Origin: a virus
Lineage: Duplodnaviria; Caudoviricetes
Length of the DNA stretch: 64,000 nucleotides
Direction: 5' to 3' (one strand)
IMG/VR virus record: IMGVR_UViG_3300025838_000022
Location: 58,798-122,797 of that record
The position numbers were made by a program, and so were the translations under genes. Position 1 is the first letter of the stretch, and each line of letters opens with the position of its first letter. The notes beneath the pieces were generated by a model that was given only the letters and a program-made list of their open reading frames with translations, did not search any database and had not been told where the DNA came from. This document shows positions 10,572 to 18,918 of this stretch, one piece after another.

Positions 10572-11399
10572 TTGAAAACCAGTATCGTAGTGACATCAAA
10601 AAATGATAACTATGGTGGTTATCTAAATCTTCGCGCTGCTTATGCGTTGAATCAAATGCTTAAGGTCTTTGATGAAGTCGTATACGTTGACTGGTGCTCG
10701 GATGATGACAATAGCTTAATCCACGATGTTAATCTTGATAAAACTGGTCGCCTAAAGCACATCCAGGTTACCAAGAAGGATGTTGCTAATATCAATCCTG
10801 ATCTTCTTGAGATACCAATCGTTGAAGTGCTTGGTAGAAATATTGGCGTTAGAAGGTCTAGTGGAGATTGGATTGTGTCAAGCAACATTGACATTCTCCC
10901 TGATAAACCTAACGTTTCTACACTGAACAAAGACATGATGTACGCAGCGCAACGCAGGAACGTACCACTTGATGTCACATTGAACGCACCAGAAAATTTC
11001 TTTAATTTCCTTCAAGAGAACCGTAACATGTTTGTGCAGGCTCAACGAATTTACGATACACATGCTGGAAGATACGACCCATGGTCTCTTACGGTGTGCT
11101 GTGGAGATTTCCAGCTGGCTCATAAAGATCTATGGCACAAAATGAAGGGCTTTGAAGAGACGCTTCTCTATAGAGATTGCGGTGATAGTAACGTCCTAAA
11201 AAAGGCTACTATTTATGGCAGCGGAGCAGATTTAATCTACTTAGATGTTTTTCACCTTGACCACGATGGTCACTTCTTAAACGTCGGTGGCGTGTCAAAA
11301 AAGAACGATTGGGATGAATCTGTAGGAAACTTTGAGTCTACAACAAATCCTGACACCTGGGGGCTTTCTGATTATCAATTCCATGAGGAGACATTGTGA
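10572..11399 (+). CDS. GT-A fold (GT2-like) glycosyltransferase
   Basis: 'SIVVTSKNDNYGG', 'YVDWCS', 'RNIGVRRSSGDWIVSSNIDI', 'GDFQL', 'GFEE'. Confidence 0.7.
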   Translation: MKTSIVVTSKNDNYGGYLNLRAAYALNQMLKVFDEVVYVDWCSDDDNSLIHDVNLDKTGRLKHIQVTKKDVANINPDLLEIPIVEVLGRNIGVRRSSGDWIVSSNIDILPDKPNVSTLNKDMMYAAQRRNVPLDVTLNAPENFFNFLQENRNMFVQAQRIYDTHAGRYDPWSLTVCCGDFQLAHKDLWHKMKGFEETLLYRDCGDSNVLKKATIYGSGADLIYLDVFHLDHDGHFLNVGGVSKKNDWDESVGNFESTTNPDTWGLSDYQFHEETL

Positions 11400-12301
11400 A
11401 AAAAGTAATTGTAACAACAACTATCAATAGCCCAACGCTAGCTACTAAGAAATTTGCTAAAAAAGAGGGCTGGGAACTTGTAGTCGTTGGTGACACTAAG
11501 ACTCCTCACGAAGAATACAAGAACATTAATTGCACGTATTTAAGTCCAAGCGTTCAAGAAGAATTGTATCCGGAGCTGAGTGAAGCCATTGGTTGGAAGA
11601 CTATTCAGCGTAGGAACATTGGGTTCGTATACGCGTATAACATTGGCGCAGATGTAGTAGCCACAGTGGATGACGACAACATTCCTTACGACAGCTGGGG
11701 CGAAGACATCCTCGTCGGCAAAACAATTGAATGTGACCTTTACGAGCCAGTAAACGACGTGTTCGATCCCTTATCAGTTACCAAGGATAATTATGTATGG
11801 CATAGGGGTTATCCCATTGAATACGTGCCAACAAGACACCGTGTTGAGTACAAGGGTAAAACCCATAGAAAAGTGCTGGTACAGGCAGACCTATGGGACG
11901 GTGACCCTGACATCGACGCACTGGCAAGATTGTCGCACAAGCCAATTGTAAAATACGATATCACACAGCCATATTGTTCTAACAGAATCTCACCCTTCAA
12001 TAGCCAGAATACATTCATCGCCAGGGAAGCACTACCGTACTACTCTGTGTTGCCATTTATTGGTCGAATGGACGATATCTGGGGAGGTTACATCCTACAG
12101 CACCACTTCCCAGGTTCTGTGGTATACAACAGGGCTTCTGTGTACCAGGATAGAAACGTGCAAGATTTAGTTACCAACCTAGAGAATGAAATCGTTGGCT
12201 ACCGAAACACGCTAAGCCTATTAAACGATCTTGAAAACTATAGGAATTACTTGCCAGAAAAATCACTTAATTTCTTGCGCGAGTACGAAAAGCTATTCTA
12301 A
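11396..12301 (+). CDS. STELLO/DUF288-like (RGP-related) glycosyltransferase
   Basis: 'IVTTTINSPT', 'LVVVGDTKTP', 'RRNIGFVYAY', 'VDDDN', 'GDPDIDA', 'PFNSQNT', 'RMDDIW'. Confidence 0.8.
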   Translation: MKKVIVTTTINSPTLATKKFAKKEGWELVVVGDTKTPHEEYKNINCTYLSPSVQEELYPELSEAIGWKTIQRRNIGFVYAYNIGADVVATVDDDNIPYDSWGEDILVGKTIECDLYEPVNDVFDPLSVTKDNYVWHRGYPIEYVPTRHRVEYKGKTHRKVLVQADLWDGDPDIDALARLSHKPIVKYDITQPYCSNRISPFNSQNTFIAREALPYYSVLPFIGRMDDIWGGYILQHHFPGSVVYNRASVYQDRNVQDLVTNLENEIVGYRNTLSLLNDLENYRNYLPEKSLNFLREYEKLF

Positions 12302-13020
12302 TGAACCTGTTGATTCATCAACCATTGGGCCTTGGAGACATCCTGTGGCTGCAACCAATGGTAAATGTATATATTAGCCTTGGTTATGAAGTTTACTTCC
12401 CCGTATCAGACGTATACTATGACATGGTATCTGATTACATTGAGAAGGATCATCTCAACTGGGTAAGGGAATCAGATGAATTCCCAATGAAAAAGTATTA
12501 TGGTTCACCATCGCCGGAATTCATTGGGAATGATGTTTACCTGCCAATATCATTCTCAGATAAAATTTTACCCAACTCAGGCATCATGGCGTCTAAGTAT
12601 TTTTGGTTAAACATGCCCATTGTAAACTGGCATGATAGCTTTAATATCAATAGAAACTATGAACGAGAAGAGTTGTTGTTAAGAAAATACAATTTGTACG
12701 ATGAGTATATTCTTGTCAATAAATCGTTTGCTACAAACCCTATTCATAGAGAAATAAAATTTGTAGAAAAAGCTCCTGTTCATGCGATGAATGTTCAACA
12801 GGATAAAGATAACGGTTTTCACTTGTTTGACTGGATCGGTGCATTGCAAAGTGCCCAGGAAATTCACACGGTAGAGACCTCTATCTGCTATCTTATTGAT
12901 AAGTATTGTACTGAACCAAGCCTTCACATGTATGAGCGTAGGCATGAGGATGGGCAAAGAACTTATTTTAATTCTGTTAACCTAGTTTATAGAAACCCAG
13001 GGTGGATATATGAAAATTGA
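12301..13020 (+). CDS. Putative GT-B-like glycosyltransferase
   Basis: N-terminal 'HQPLGLGDI' and 'LFDW...LQSAQEIHTVETS', in the glycosylation cassette. Confidence 0.5.
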   Translation: MNLLIHQPLGLGDILWLQPMVNVYISLGYEVYFPVSDVYYDMVSDYIEKDHLNWVRESDEFPMKKYYGSPSPEFIGNDVYLPISFSDKILPNSGIMASKYFWLNMPIVNWHDSFNINRNYEREELLLRKYNLYDEYILVNKSFATNPIHREIKFVEKAPVHAMNVQQDKDNGFHLFDWIGALQSAQEIHTVETSICYLIDKYCTEPSLHMYERRHEDGQRTYFNSVNLVYRNPGWIYEN

Positions 13021-13408
13021 AGTGTCTAATGGCGAAGTCTTTGACAAGATCGGCATCCTCAAGATCAAGCAAAGAAAAAACGCAGGCAAAGATAAGATGA
13101 TGGATTATAATATCGAGCAGGAACTAAAAGAACTTCAACAAATTGAACCGCCCATCAACGTATGGGCACTTAAGTACATTGAAGAGCTCGAACAAGTCAA
13201 CGAAAAGCTTTGGGACGTTGAAGACGAGTTGAGGATTTGTGAGGCAAACCAAGACTTCTCAGAAAAATTTATTAATCTTGCTAGGTCTGTATACATTCTC
13301 AACGACAAACGTGCTAAGTTAAAGTATGACATCAACATGCTTACAAAAAGTAAGTTTGTGGAGCACAAAATCCTACCTAATTACGAAGGAACATCCTATG
13401 ACGTTTGA
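13010..13408 (+). CDS. DUF6165-family protein
   Basis: 'IEVSNGE..DK..IL.IK...N..LWDVED.LR..E...F.E.F..LARSVY..ND.RA.LK..IN'. Confidence 0.75.
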   Translation: MKIEVSNGEVFDKIGILKIKQRKNAGKDKMMDYNIEQELKELQQIEPPINVWALKYIEELEQVNEKLWDVEDELRICEANQDFSEKFINLARSVYILNDKRAKLKYDINMLTKSKFVEHKILPNYEGTSYDV

Positions 13409-13589
13409 AGAATGGCTAGAGTTCGGCATCAAGAACGGGTATTGCTCAGAACAGTTTTGCGATACTCACGATGGCCCGCCAATGCATGAGAGCGAAGAAA
13501 AAGCCTGGGAATATGGCGGAGATCCTTGCATGCATATGCTAAGATTGGGTACAATTGAAGACTGGAATATATCTACGGAGGAAGAATGA
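13398..13589 (+). CDS. Hypothetical protein
   Basis: MTFEEW...C..HDG.P...DPC; coupled to neighbouring genes. Confidence 0.55.
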   Translation: MTFEEWLEFGIKNGYCSEQFCDTHDGPPMHESEEKAWEYGGDPCMHMLRLGTIEDWNISTEEE

Positions 13590-14581
13590 AAAAGGCATTA
13601 GTTCTTGGAGCAGGTGGTTTTATTGGTAGCCACATGGTTACTCGTCTAAAGAATGAAGGGTATTGGGTGCGAGGCGTAGACCTCAAGCGTCCGGAGTTCA
13701 GCGAAACAACAGCAGACGAATTCGTAATTGGTGATCTTACAGATCAGAGCACTGTTAGCCGTGTGACGTTGGTTAGCGCGATGGAACCATTCGATGAGAT
13801 TTATCAGTTTGCTGCCGACATGGGCGGTGCTGGTTACATCTTTACCGGTGAGCACGACTCTGCCGTTATGTACAACTCAGGTATCATCAACCTTAACGTT
13901 GCAGAACGCGTACGCAAGATCAATAGCTTTACTGACCAGAACAAGACCAAGATATTTTACAGCAGCAGTGCTTGCATGTATCCAGAGCACAACCAGCTCG
14001 ATCCAAACAACCCTAACTGCACAGAAGACAGCGCATATCCTGCATCCCCTGACAGTGAGTATGGTTGGGAAAAGCTTTTCAGTGAGCGTCTTTACTTGGC
14101 GTACAACCGTAATTGCAACATCCCTGTTCGCATTGCACGCTTCCACAACATCTACGGCGTAGAGGGCACATGGAAGGGTGGTAAGGAGAAGGCTCCTGCT
14201 GCTATGTGCCGTAAGGTTGCCGAGGCTGTTGACGGTGGTACCATTGAGATCTGGGGTGACGGTGAGCAAACCCGCAGCTTCCTCTATATTGACGAGTGCA
14301 TTGAGGCTGTGCGCCGTTTGATGAAGAGCGAATTCATGGGCCCTGTCAACATTGGTAGCGAAGAGATGGTTACTATTAATCAACTTGTCGAAACCGTTGC
14401 AAAGGTGGCCGGTAAGAATATCAATGTTAAGCACATTGACGGCCCCCTTGGTGTGCGTGGGCGTAACAGTGACAACACTCTCATCAGAGAAAAGTTAAAC
14501 TGGGACTACTCGATGTCACTTGAAGAAGGCATTACTAAGACTTACGAATGGATTGAGAGCCAAATCAAACGCAATGCATAA
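13586..14581 (+). CDS. NAD-dependent epimerase, GDP-mannose 3,5-epimerase-like
   Basis: GAGGFIG, AADMGG, SSSAC (catalytic Cys), YGWEK (YxxxK), KEKAPAA: residues diagnostic of the GME subgroup. Confidence 0.85.
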   Translation: MKKALVLGAGGFIGSHMVTRLKNEGYWVRGVDLKRPEFSETTADEFVIGDLTDQSTVSRVTLVSAMEPFDEIYQFAADMGGAGYIFTGEHDSAVMYNSGIINLNVAERVRKINSFTDQNKTKIFYSSSACMYPEHNQLDPNNPNCTEDSAYPASPDSEYGWEKLFSERLYLAYNRNCNIPVRIARFHNIYGVEGTWKGGKEKAPAAMCRKVAEAVDGGTIEIWGDGEQTRSFLYIDECIEAVRRLMKSEFMGPVNIGSEEMVTINQLVETVAKVAGKNINVKHIDGPLGVRGRNSDNTLIREKLNWDYSMSLEEGITKTYEWIESQIKRNA

Positions 14582-14587
14582 GGAATG

Positions 14588-14659
14588 GCTCCTATAGCAT
14601 AGCGGTAGTGTACGGGACTTTTAATCCTTGAGGCCCTGGTTCGAATCCAGGTGGGAGCA
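14588..14659 (+). tRNA. tRNA-Lys(UUU)
   Basis: Acceptor GCTCCTA/TGGGAGC, anticodon loop CTTTTAA, T-loop TTCGAAT. Confidence 0.85.
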
Positions 14660-14680
14660 CCCGAACGAAGCAAACCAAGA

Positions 14681-14708
14681 ACACCTGAGCAAGTGTAAAA
14701 ACTGCTCA
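14681..14708 (+). ncRNA. H-type pseudoknot element between tRNAs
   Basis: ACAC-C-TGAGCA-A-GTGT-AAAAAC-TGCTCA; same architecture as the copies at 54593 and 56936. Confidence 0.6.
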
Positions 14709-14709
14709 A

Positions 14710-14783
14710 CGGGATGTGGCTCAGCTTGGTAGAGCGCCTGGTTTGGGACCAGGATGTCGTCGGTTCAAATCCGGCCATCCCGA
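14710..14783 (+). tRNA. tRNA-Pro(UGG)
   Basis: CGGGATG/CATCCCG acceptor, CCTGG-TTTGGGA-CCAGG anticodon arm. Confidence 0.93.
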
Positions 14784-14790
14784 CACAGTA

Positions 14791-14862
14791 GCCCTTGTAG
14801 CTCAGTGGCAGAGCATCTGTTTTGTAATCAGAGGGTCGGGGGTTCAAATCCCTCCGGGGGCA
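14791..14862 (+). tRNA. tRNA-Thr(UGU)
   Basis: GCCCTTG/CGGGGGC acceptor, loop TTTGTAA, T-loop TTCAAAT. Confidence 0.88.
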
Positions 14863-14905
14863 CGTAGTATAGTATGTACGTACATACACAGAATGAGAGT
14901 GCACT

Positions 14906-15133
14906 ATGAACTTAAAACAAGCAGCAACAATTATGCTAGAGTTGTGCAAGATTCCAGCTGAACCAAAACTGGTAGCGGCGTTTAGTAATTACTCAGCTAA
15001 TAGTATGTGGATTAAGAGTGTGCTAAAGGGTGCAGCCCCTTCGGCAAACACTTTGAATAACCCCGCTTACGAGCAAGCACTCACCGTGTTGCGCGAAAAC
15101 GGAATTGATGTTAATATCTTTGATACCAACTAA
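14906..15133 (+). CDS. Hypothetical protein
   Basis: ORF inside the tRNA region. Confidence 0.55.
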   Translation: MNLKQAATIMLELCKIPAEPKLVAAFSNYSANSMWIKSVLKGAAPSANTLNNPAYEQALTVLRENGIDVNIFDTN

Positions 15134-15146
15134 GTAAGGAAAAGAA

Positions 15147-15443
15147 ATGAAGAGTAGGAATAAGTTCTTACTGGCAGTGCCAGTAATCGTAATTATTATT
15201 GTGTTGGCCATCATCGGCTTCGTGCACATCATTTACCCACAGTGGATCGGTGAGCAAGCAGGTGAATCTGGTTACTTCCAGAAGGCTGTTGGTCTGATCA
15301 CAGACGCACCACACGCAACCGCAGAATTGTTTTACTCAACGGTTGAAGACCTGGTAATCTTGGCCGTAGGTCTTGCCTGGGGTAAGCGACTCTGGCGTAA
15401 GGAACACAAGAAGTTCGATGAGGAACACGACATCAAGCATTAG
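15147..15443 (+). CDS. Membrane protein
   Basis: N-terminal and C-terminal hydrophobic helices; good RBS. Confidence 0.6.
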   Translation: MKSRNKFLLAVPVIVIIIVLAIIGFVHIIYPQWIGEQAGESGYFQKAVGLITDAPHATAELFYSTVEDLVILAVGLAWGKRLWRKEHKKFDEEHDIKH

Positions 15444-15449
15444 TGCCAA

Positions 15450-15522
15450 GCCCTAGTAGCTCAATGGATAGAGCATCGGAGTTCTAACCCGCAGGTTGCA
15501 AGTTCGAGTCTTGCCTGGGGCA
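15450..15522 (+). tRNA. tRNA-Arg(UCU), atypical anticodon arm
   Basis: GCCCTAG/CTGGGGC acceptor, D-arm GCTC/GAGC, loop GTTCTAA, T-loop TTCGAGT; the anticodon stem has two mismatches. Confidence 0.78.
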
Positions 15523-15547
15523 CGCAGTTGACAAGTAAGGAGAAAGT

Positions 15548-15898
15548 ATGGCAGGATTAGGAACGAAATTAGCTAAGCGTGGCGTAGGCTTTGCTGCTGG
15601 ATATGAGCTTTATCAATTCAGCAAACGAATGAAAAAAGAAAGAGAACGCATGAACGAAGAAGAAAAAAATCCAGTTATCGATGGGGAAACAGTAATTGAT
15701 TATCAGTTTATTTTCTATGAGAAGGCTGTTCTAGAAATTCTAGACACAGTATCAAAGCTCATTGAAAAAGTAATTGAGAATGAAGTCGTAATCGAGGATG
15801 AACTTTACGCCAAGGCAAGCAAGATCATCAACGTTATGAAGCATGTATTAAAAACAAAAGAGGAAGGGTTAAAGGTTCAAAATGGAACTGAAGCTTAG
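15548..15898 (+). CDS. Hypothetical protein
   Basis: ORF with an AAGGAG RBS. Confidence 0.6.
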   Translation: MAGLGTKLAKRGVGFAAGYELYQFSKRMKKERERMNEEEKNPVIDGETVIDYQFIFYEKAVLEILDTVSKLIEKVIENEVVIEDELYAKASKIINVMKHVLKTKEEGLKVQNGTEA

Positions 15899-16205
15899 TG
15901 TAAACATTGGTGCAACACTTCAAGTGAAGAATGCACGCGGTGAATGGGATTGGATCAAGCCCGAGGTTGGTTGTGAGATCAAACTCGTTGACGGTGAAAT
16001 CAAGGTGGAATCATTGCCTACGCAGTTCGCTGTCATGTGGGATGAAGTCGTAGGACCTCAGTTCGCAGCTGTAGTGCAGGAGCTTATCAACGAACAGACT
16101 CCAAAGAAGGAAGAAGTCGAAGAGACTACGACTGAAGAGGTTACGACTGAAGAGACTCTCGTAGAAGAAGAGAAGCCAAACGTAGACGAGGATGACTACT
16201 ACTAA
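15882..16205 (+). CDS. Hypothetical protein with acidic tail
   Basis: ORF coupled to neighbours. Confidence 0.6.
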   Translation: MELKLSVNIGATLQVKNARGEWDWIKPEVGCEIKLVDGEIKVESLPTQFAVMWDEVVGPQFAAVVQELINEQTPKKEEVEETTTEEVTTEETLVEEEKPNVDEDDYY

Positions 16206-16329
16206 TGTTTGATGACTTCGATGCATTCGTCGAGAAGCATGGCATCAAAGATGATGAGATTGGTGCAGCATTCGCTGCCTGGATGTCAGGTGCAACTGGA
16301 TGGGATGGAGACTTTGAAAAGGTGGAAGA

Positions 16330-16884
16330 ATGACAGTAATTGCTGCAGCACTAACAACTGATAATGGCATTGTTATTGTCGGTGACTCGGAGCTATCCAC
16401 ACAATTCACTCGTGACAATGATGGATACAGCAAGGTGTGGGTGGATGAGGTAAACGAAGGTTACATTTTTGGTGGAGCCGGTAACCTCAGAGAGCTACAG
16501 ATTATTAAGTACCATGTCGCTTGGCCCTACTACCGTGACATCTACCCTGTAGAAGAGTTCATTGTCAAAGAGGTAGTGCCAAAGATGCGAGATGCATTGG
16601 TTGACAATGGCGTTAAAATGGAAGACTATGAGAGTTCCTTTATAATGGCGTGGGGCGATAACCTCGTGGTCATCGACGAGGACTTCGGTGTCACTATTCC
16701 TCTTAGCGCAAGGTATGCTATTGGCTCAGGCCAGAGCGAAGCTTTCGGTGCCCTTGGCAACGAAGGTGGTTGGACAAAGAATGACGTTATCGAGGCAGCT
16801 CACCGCGCCACGGTTACAGCAATTGGAGTCGGCGGTCCTTTGTACGCTGTAGATACCATCGATTTGACAGTGAGACAAGTATGA
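16330..16884 (+). CDS. Ntn-hydrolase (HslV/proteasome-beta-like) protein
   Basis: N-terminal M-T-V-I (Thr nucleophile), 'GDS', 'GGAG', 'YAIGSG', 'VGGP'. Confidence 0.75.
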   Translation: MTVIAAALTTDNGIVIVGDSELSTQFTRDNDGYSKVWVDEVNEGYIFGGAGNLRELQIIKYHVAWPYYRDIYPVEEFIVKEVVPKMRDALVDNGVKMEDYESSFIMAWGDNLVVIDEDFGVTIPLSARYAIGSGQSEAFGALGNEGGWTKNDVIEAAHRATVTAIGVGGPLYAVDTIDLTVRQV

Positions 16885-16892
16885 ACTACTAT

Positions 16893-16921
16893 TTGACAAT
16901 CCCGTCCCGGGATGCTAGCTT
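16893..16921 (+). promoter_or_regulatory. SigA-type promoter with extended -10
   Basis: TTGACA-17 nt-TAGCTT, preceded by TGC. Confidence 0.65.
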
Positions 16922-16950
16922 TTACATAACAACAAGTAAGGAGACTGCCA

Positions 16951-17640
16951 ATGAAGCAGAACTACATTATGCCCCAGCGGAAGCAACCCGCTACTACCCC
17001 ACTCCGGGAAGTAACGGAACCTACGTTTGGGGAACCTACTAAGCCAGCTACTCGTGCCGAGACTCGTCGCAACAGTGCGAATGAGGCTGGCATTATCGAA
17101 GCTGCCGAGACGTTCAGCCTGCTCAACGAGGTCATGTACACCACCGAGATTGGTGAGGTGCGCCCTCTTGAGCCTGTTGAGGTCGACACACTTGCCTCTG
17201 AGCTCGTAGCTGTCCGTAAGGCTAAGGACATCGTTGAGGGACGTGAGTCTGCTCTCAAGACATTTGCCACCGAGGTGATCAACCTTAAGATCGCCATGGA
17301 TGGTGAGAGCGCAGCCTCTACCAGCGGATACCTGGTTAGCCCAGAGAACGGCATCAAGTTGTCCAAGGAAGTCTCTGGTGGCAAGCTCACCGTCGACATC
17401 GATTTGCTCGAGCAGGTGCTTGATGAGGATCAGTTCCGTTCAGTTGTAAACTTTGTTGAGACCCAGATCACTACTACTCGTCCTGATGGCAGCAAGATGG
17501 TAGAAGCAACCAAGGCATACGAGCTGAACGAAGAAGCTCTTGAGAAGGAACTCAAGCTTGGTAACATTGGCATGGAGCAGGTAGTCAAGGCAACCACTCC
17601 AGGCAAGGTACGGTCAGCCTTCTATGTCCGAAGCCTCTAG
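16951..17640 (+). CDS. Hypothetical protein
   Basis: 229-aa ORF with a strong RBS and phage-like codon usage. Confidence 0.7.
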   Translation: MKQNYIMPQRKQPATTPLREVTEPTFGEPTKPATRAETRRNSANEAGIIEAAETFSLLNEVMYTTEIGEVRPLEPVEVDTLASELVAVRKAKDIVEGRESALKTFATEVINLKIAMDGESAASTSGYLVSPENGIKLSKEVSGGKLTVDIDLLEQVLDEDQFRSVVNFVETQITTTRPDGSKMVEATKAYELNEEALEKELKLGNIGMEQVVKATTPGKVRSAFYVRSL

Positions 17641-17971
17641 AGGACCAAGGAAAAAGCTTCCTCTACGTGACGACGAACTATTGTTCACGACAGCAATGGC
17701 TGCATCATTCTTTGATCTCACCGCAGACTCGTTAAGGAAAAAAGAAAAATACCTTTACGATGTCTCCGGTGGGGTCATGGAATTTGCCAGGACTGAAGGC
17801 GGTAGACGTAGATATAGTCTAAATGACATACTTAAAATAGCTCATTCGTTGCGTAGAGCTAATAAGATGACAGACAGACAGCTTCGTCTAATCGTATTGC
17901 GAGTAGATGCTTTCAAAGAACCTGTGCTTAAGCATAGGAGAAAGTTCCGAAAAGGTAATAATCCATCATGA
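17624..17971 (+). CDS. MerR-type HTH DNA-binding protein
   Basis: 'FTTAMAASFFDLTADSLRK.E...RTEGGRRRYSLNDI'. Confidence 0.75.
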   Translation: MSEASRGPRKKLPLRDDELLFTTAMAASFFDLTADSLRKKEKYLYDVSGGVMEFARTEGGRRRYSLNDILKIAHSLRRANKMTDRQLRLIVLRVDAFKEPVLKHRRKFRKGNNPS

Positions 17972-18918
17972 AAAAATGTTTATTAGTATTTGATGGACAC
18001 AACATATTCATTCGTAGCTTCAGCGGTTTGATGAGACAAGGTCTTACAGCTCCTGATGGATCAGGCACGTGGGGTATCTTTGGTGCGTTTAACGTGGTGG
18101 CTAGTCTTATTAGAAAGTACGAACCTTCTCATGTTCTTATCGCGTTTGACAAAGGACGTAGCGCAAAAAGATTAGCTATTGATCCAGAGTACAAAGCAAA
18201 CCGCAAGCGCAACGAGAACAAGCCAACAAGTCCTGTTAATGATGCATTCTCACAAGACTTCAAACCACAGCTGGCCATGTTCCAGCACCTATGTTCGAAG
18301 AATGGTTTACCATATATGCAGATTCAAGACGTTGAGGCTGACGACATCATTGCTACGGCTGCATTGAGTTTCCAAAACATCTTTGATGACATTGTTATCG
18401 TAAGCGCAGACCACGACTTGCACCAGTTGATTAGAGAAAACATAACGGTTGTCAAGCCAAGCATTAGCTACCGTGACATTGAAGAAGAAGTTTATAACGT
18501 AGAAACGGTAATGGCTGAATGGGGTGTAGAACCCTGGAGGCTGCCTGAGATCTGGGCGTTAATGGGTGACAAGGGTGACAATGTTAAGGGGATCCCAGGC
18601 ATTGGACCTAAGAAAGCTACCAAGTTAATAAGCGAACATGGTGATTTAAGCACAGTGCTTAATTTGGATGATCCTAAAATTTCTGAACATGTAGACACAG
18701 TGCTTAAGGCAAAGCGTTTGATCGAGCTTGGTGTAGACGATGAATTGCCATTCCCACCATTGGGTAACTTACAATTCAATCCAATTTCTCAAGGCGATAA
18801 AGAATCAAAAGACCTAGAGAGGCTGTTAGATTTGCTCGGGTTTGTTCAGGTGAAAGATCGTTGGAAGCAGAATGCACTGTGGCATGATTCACCAAAGTTT
18901 GGCAGGAAGTTAAAATGA
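17968..18918 (+). CDS. 5'-3' exonuclease / flap endonuclease (PolA N-terminal-like)
   Basis: 'FDGHN', 'YKANR', 'EADDII', 'SADHDL', 'LMGDKGDNVKGIPGIGPKKA'. Confidence 0.93.
   Translation: MKKCLLVFDGHNIFIRSFSGLMRQGLTAPDGSGTWGIFGAFNVVASLIRKYEPSHVLIAFDKGRSAKRLAIDPEYKANRKRNENKPTSPVNDAFSQDFKPQLAMFQHLCSKNGLPYMQIQDVEADDIIATAALSFQNIFDDIVIVSADHDLHQLIRENITVVKPSISYRDIEEEVYNVETVMAEWGVEPWRLPEIWALMGDKGDNVKGIPGIGPKKATKLISEHGDLSTVLNLDDPKISEHVDTVLKAKRLIELGVDDELPFPPLGNLQFNPISQGDKESKDLERLLDLLGFVQVKDRWKQNALWHDSPKFGRKLK

Noticed and set aside
14542-14961. ORFs 14542-14949(-) and 14716-14961(+)
   Set aside because: They overlap three well-formed tRNA genes and are translation artefacts.
15450-15522. Amber suppressor tRNA (CUA) and genetic-code reassignment
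   Set aside because: Cloverleaf register places UCU at 34-36, and the CUA register destroys the stem. Genes end normally at TAG, TAA and TGA, and long ORFs are intact under code 11.
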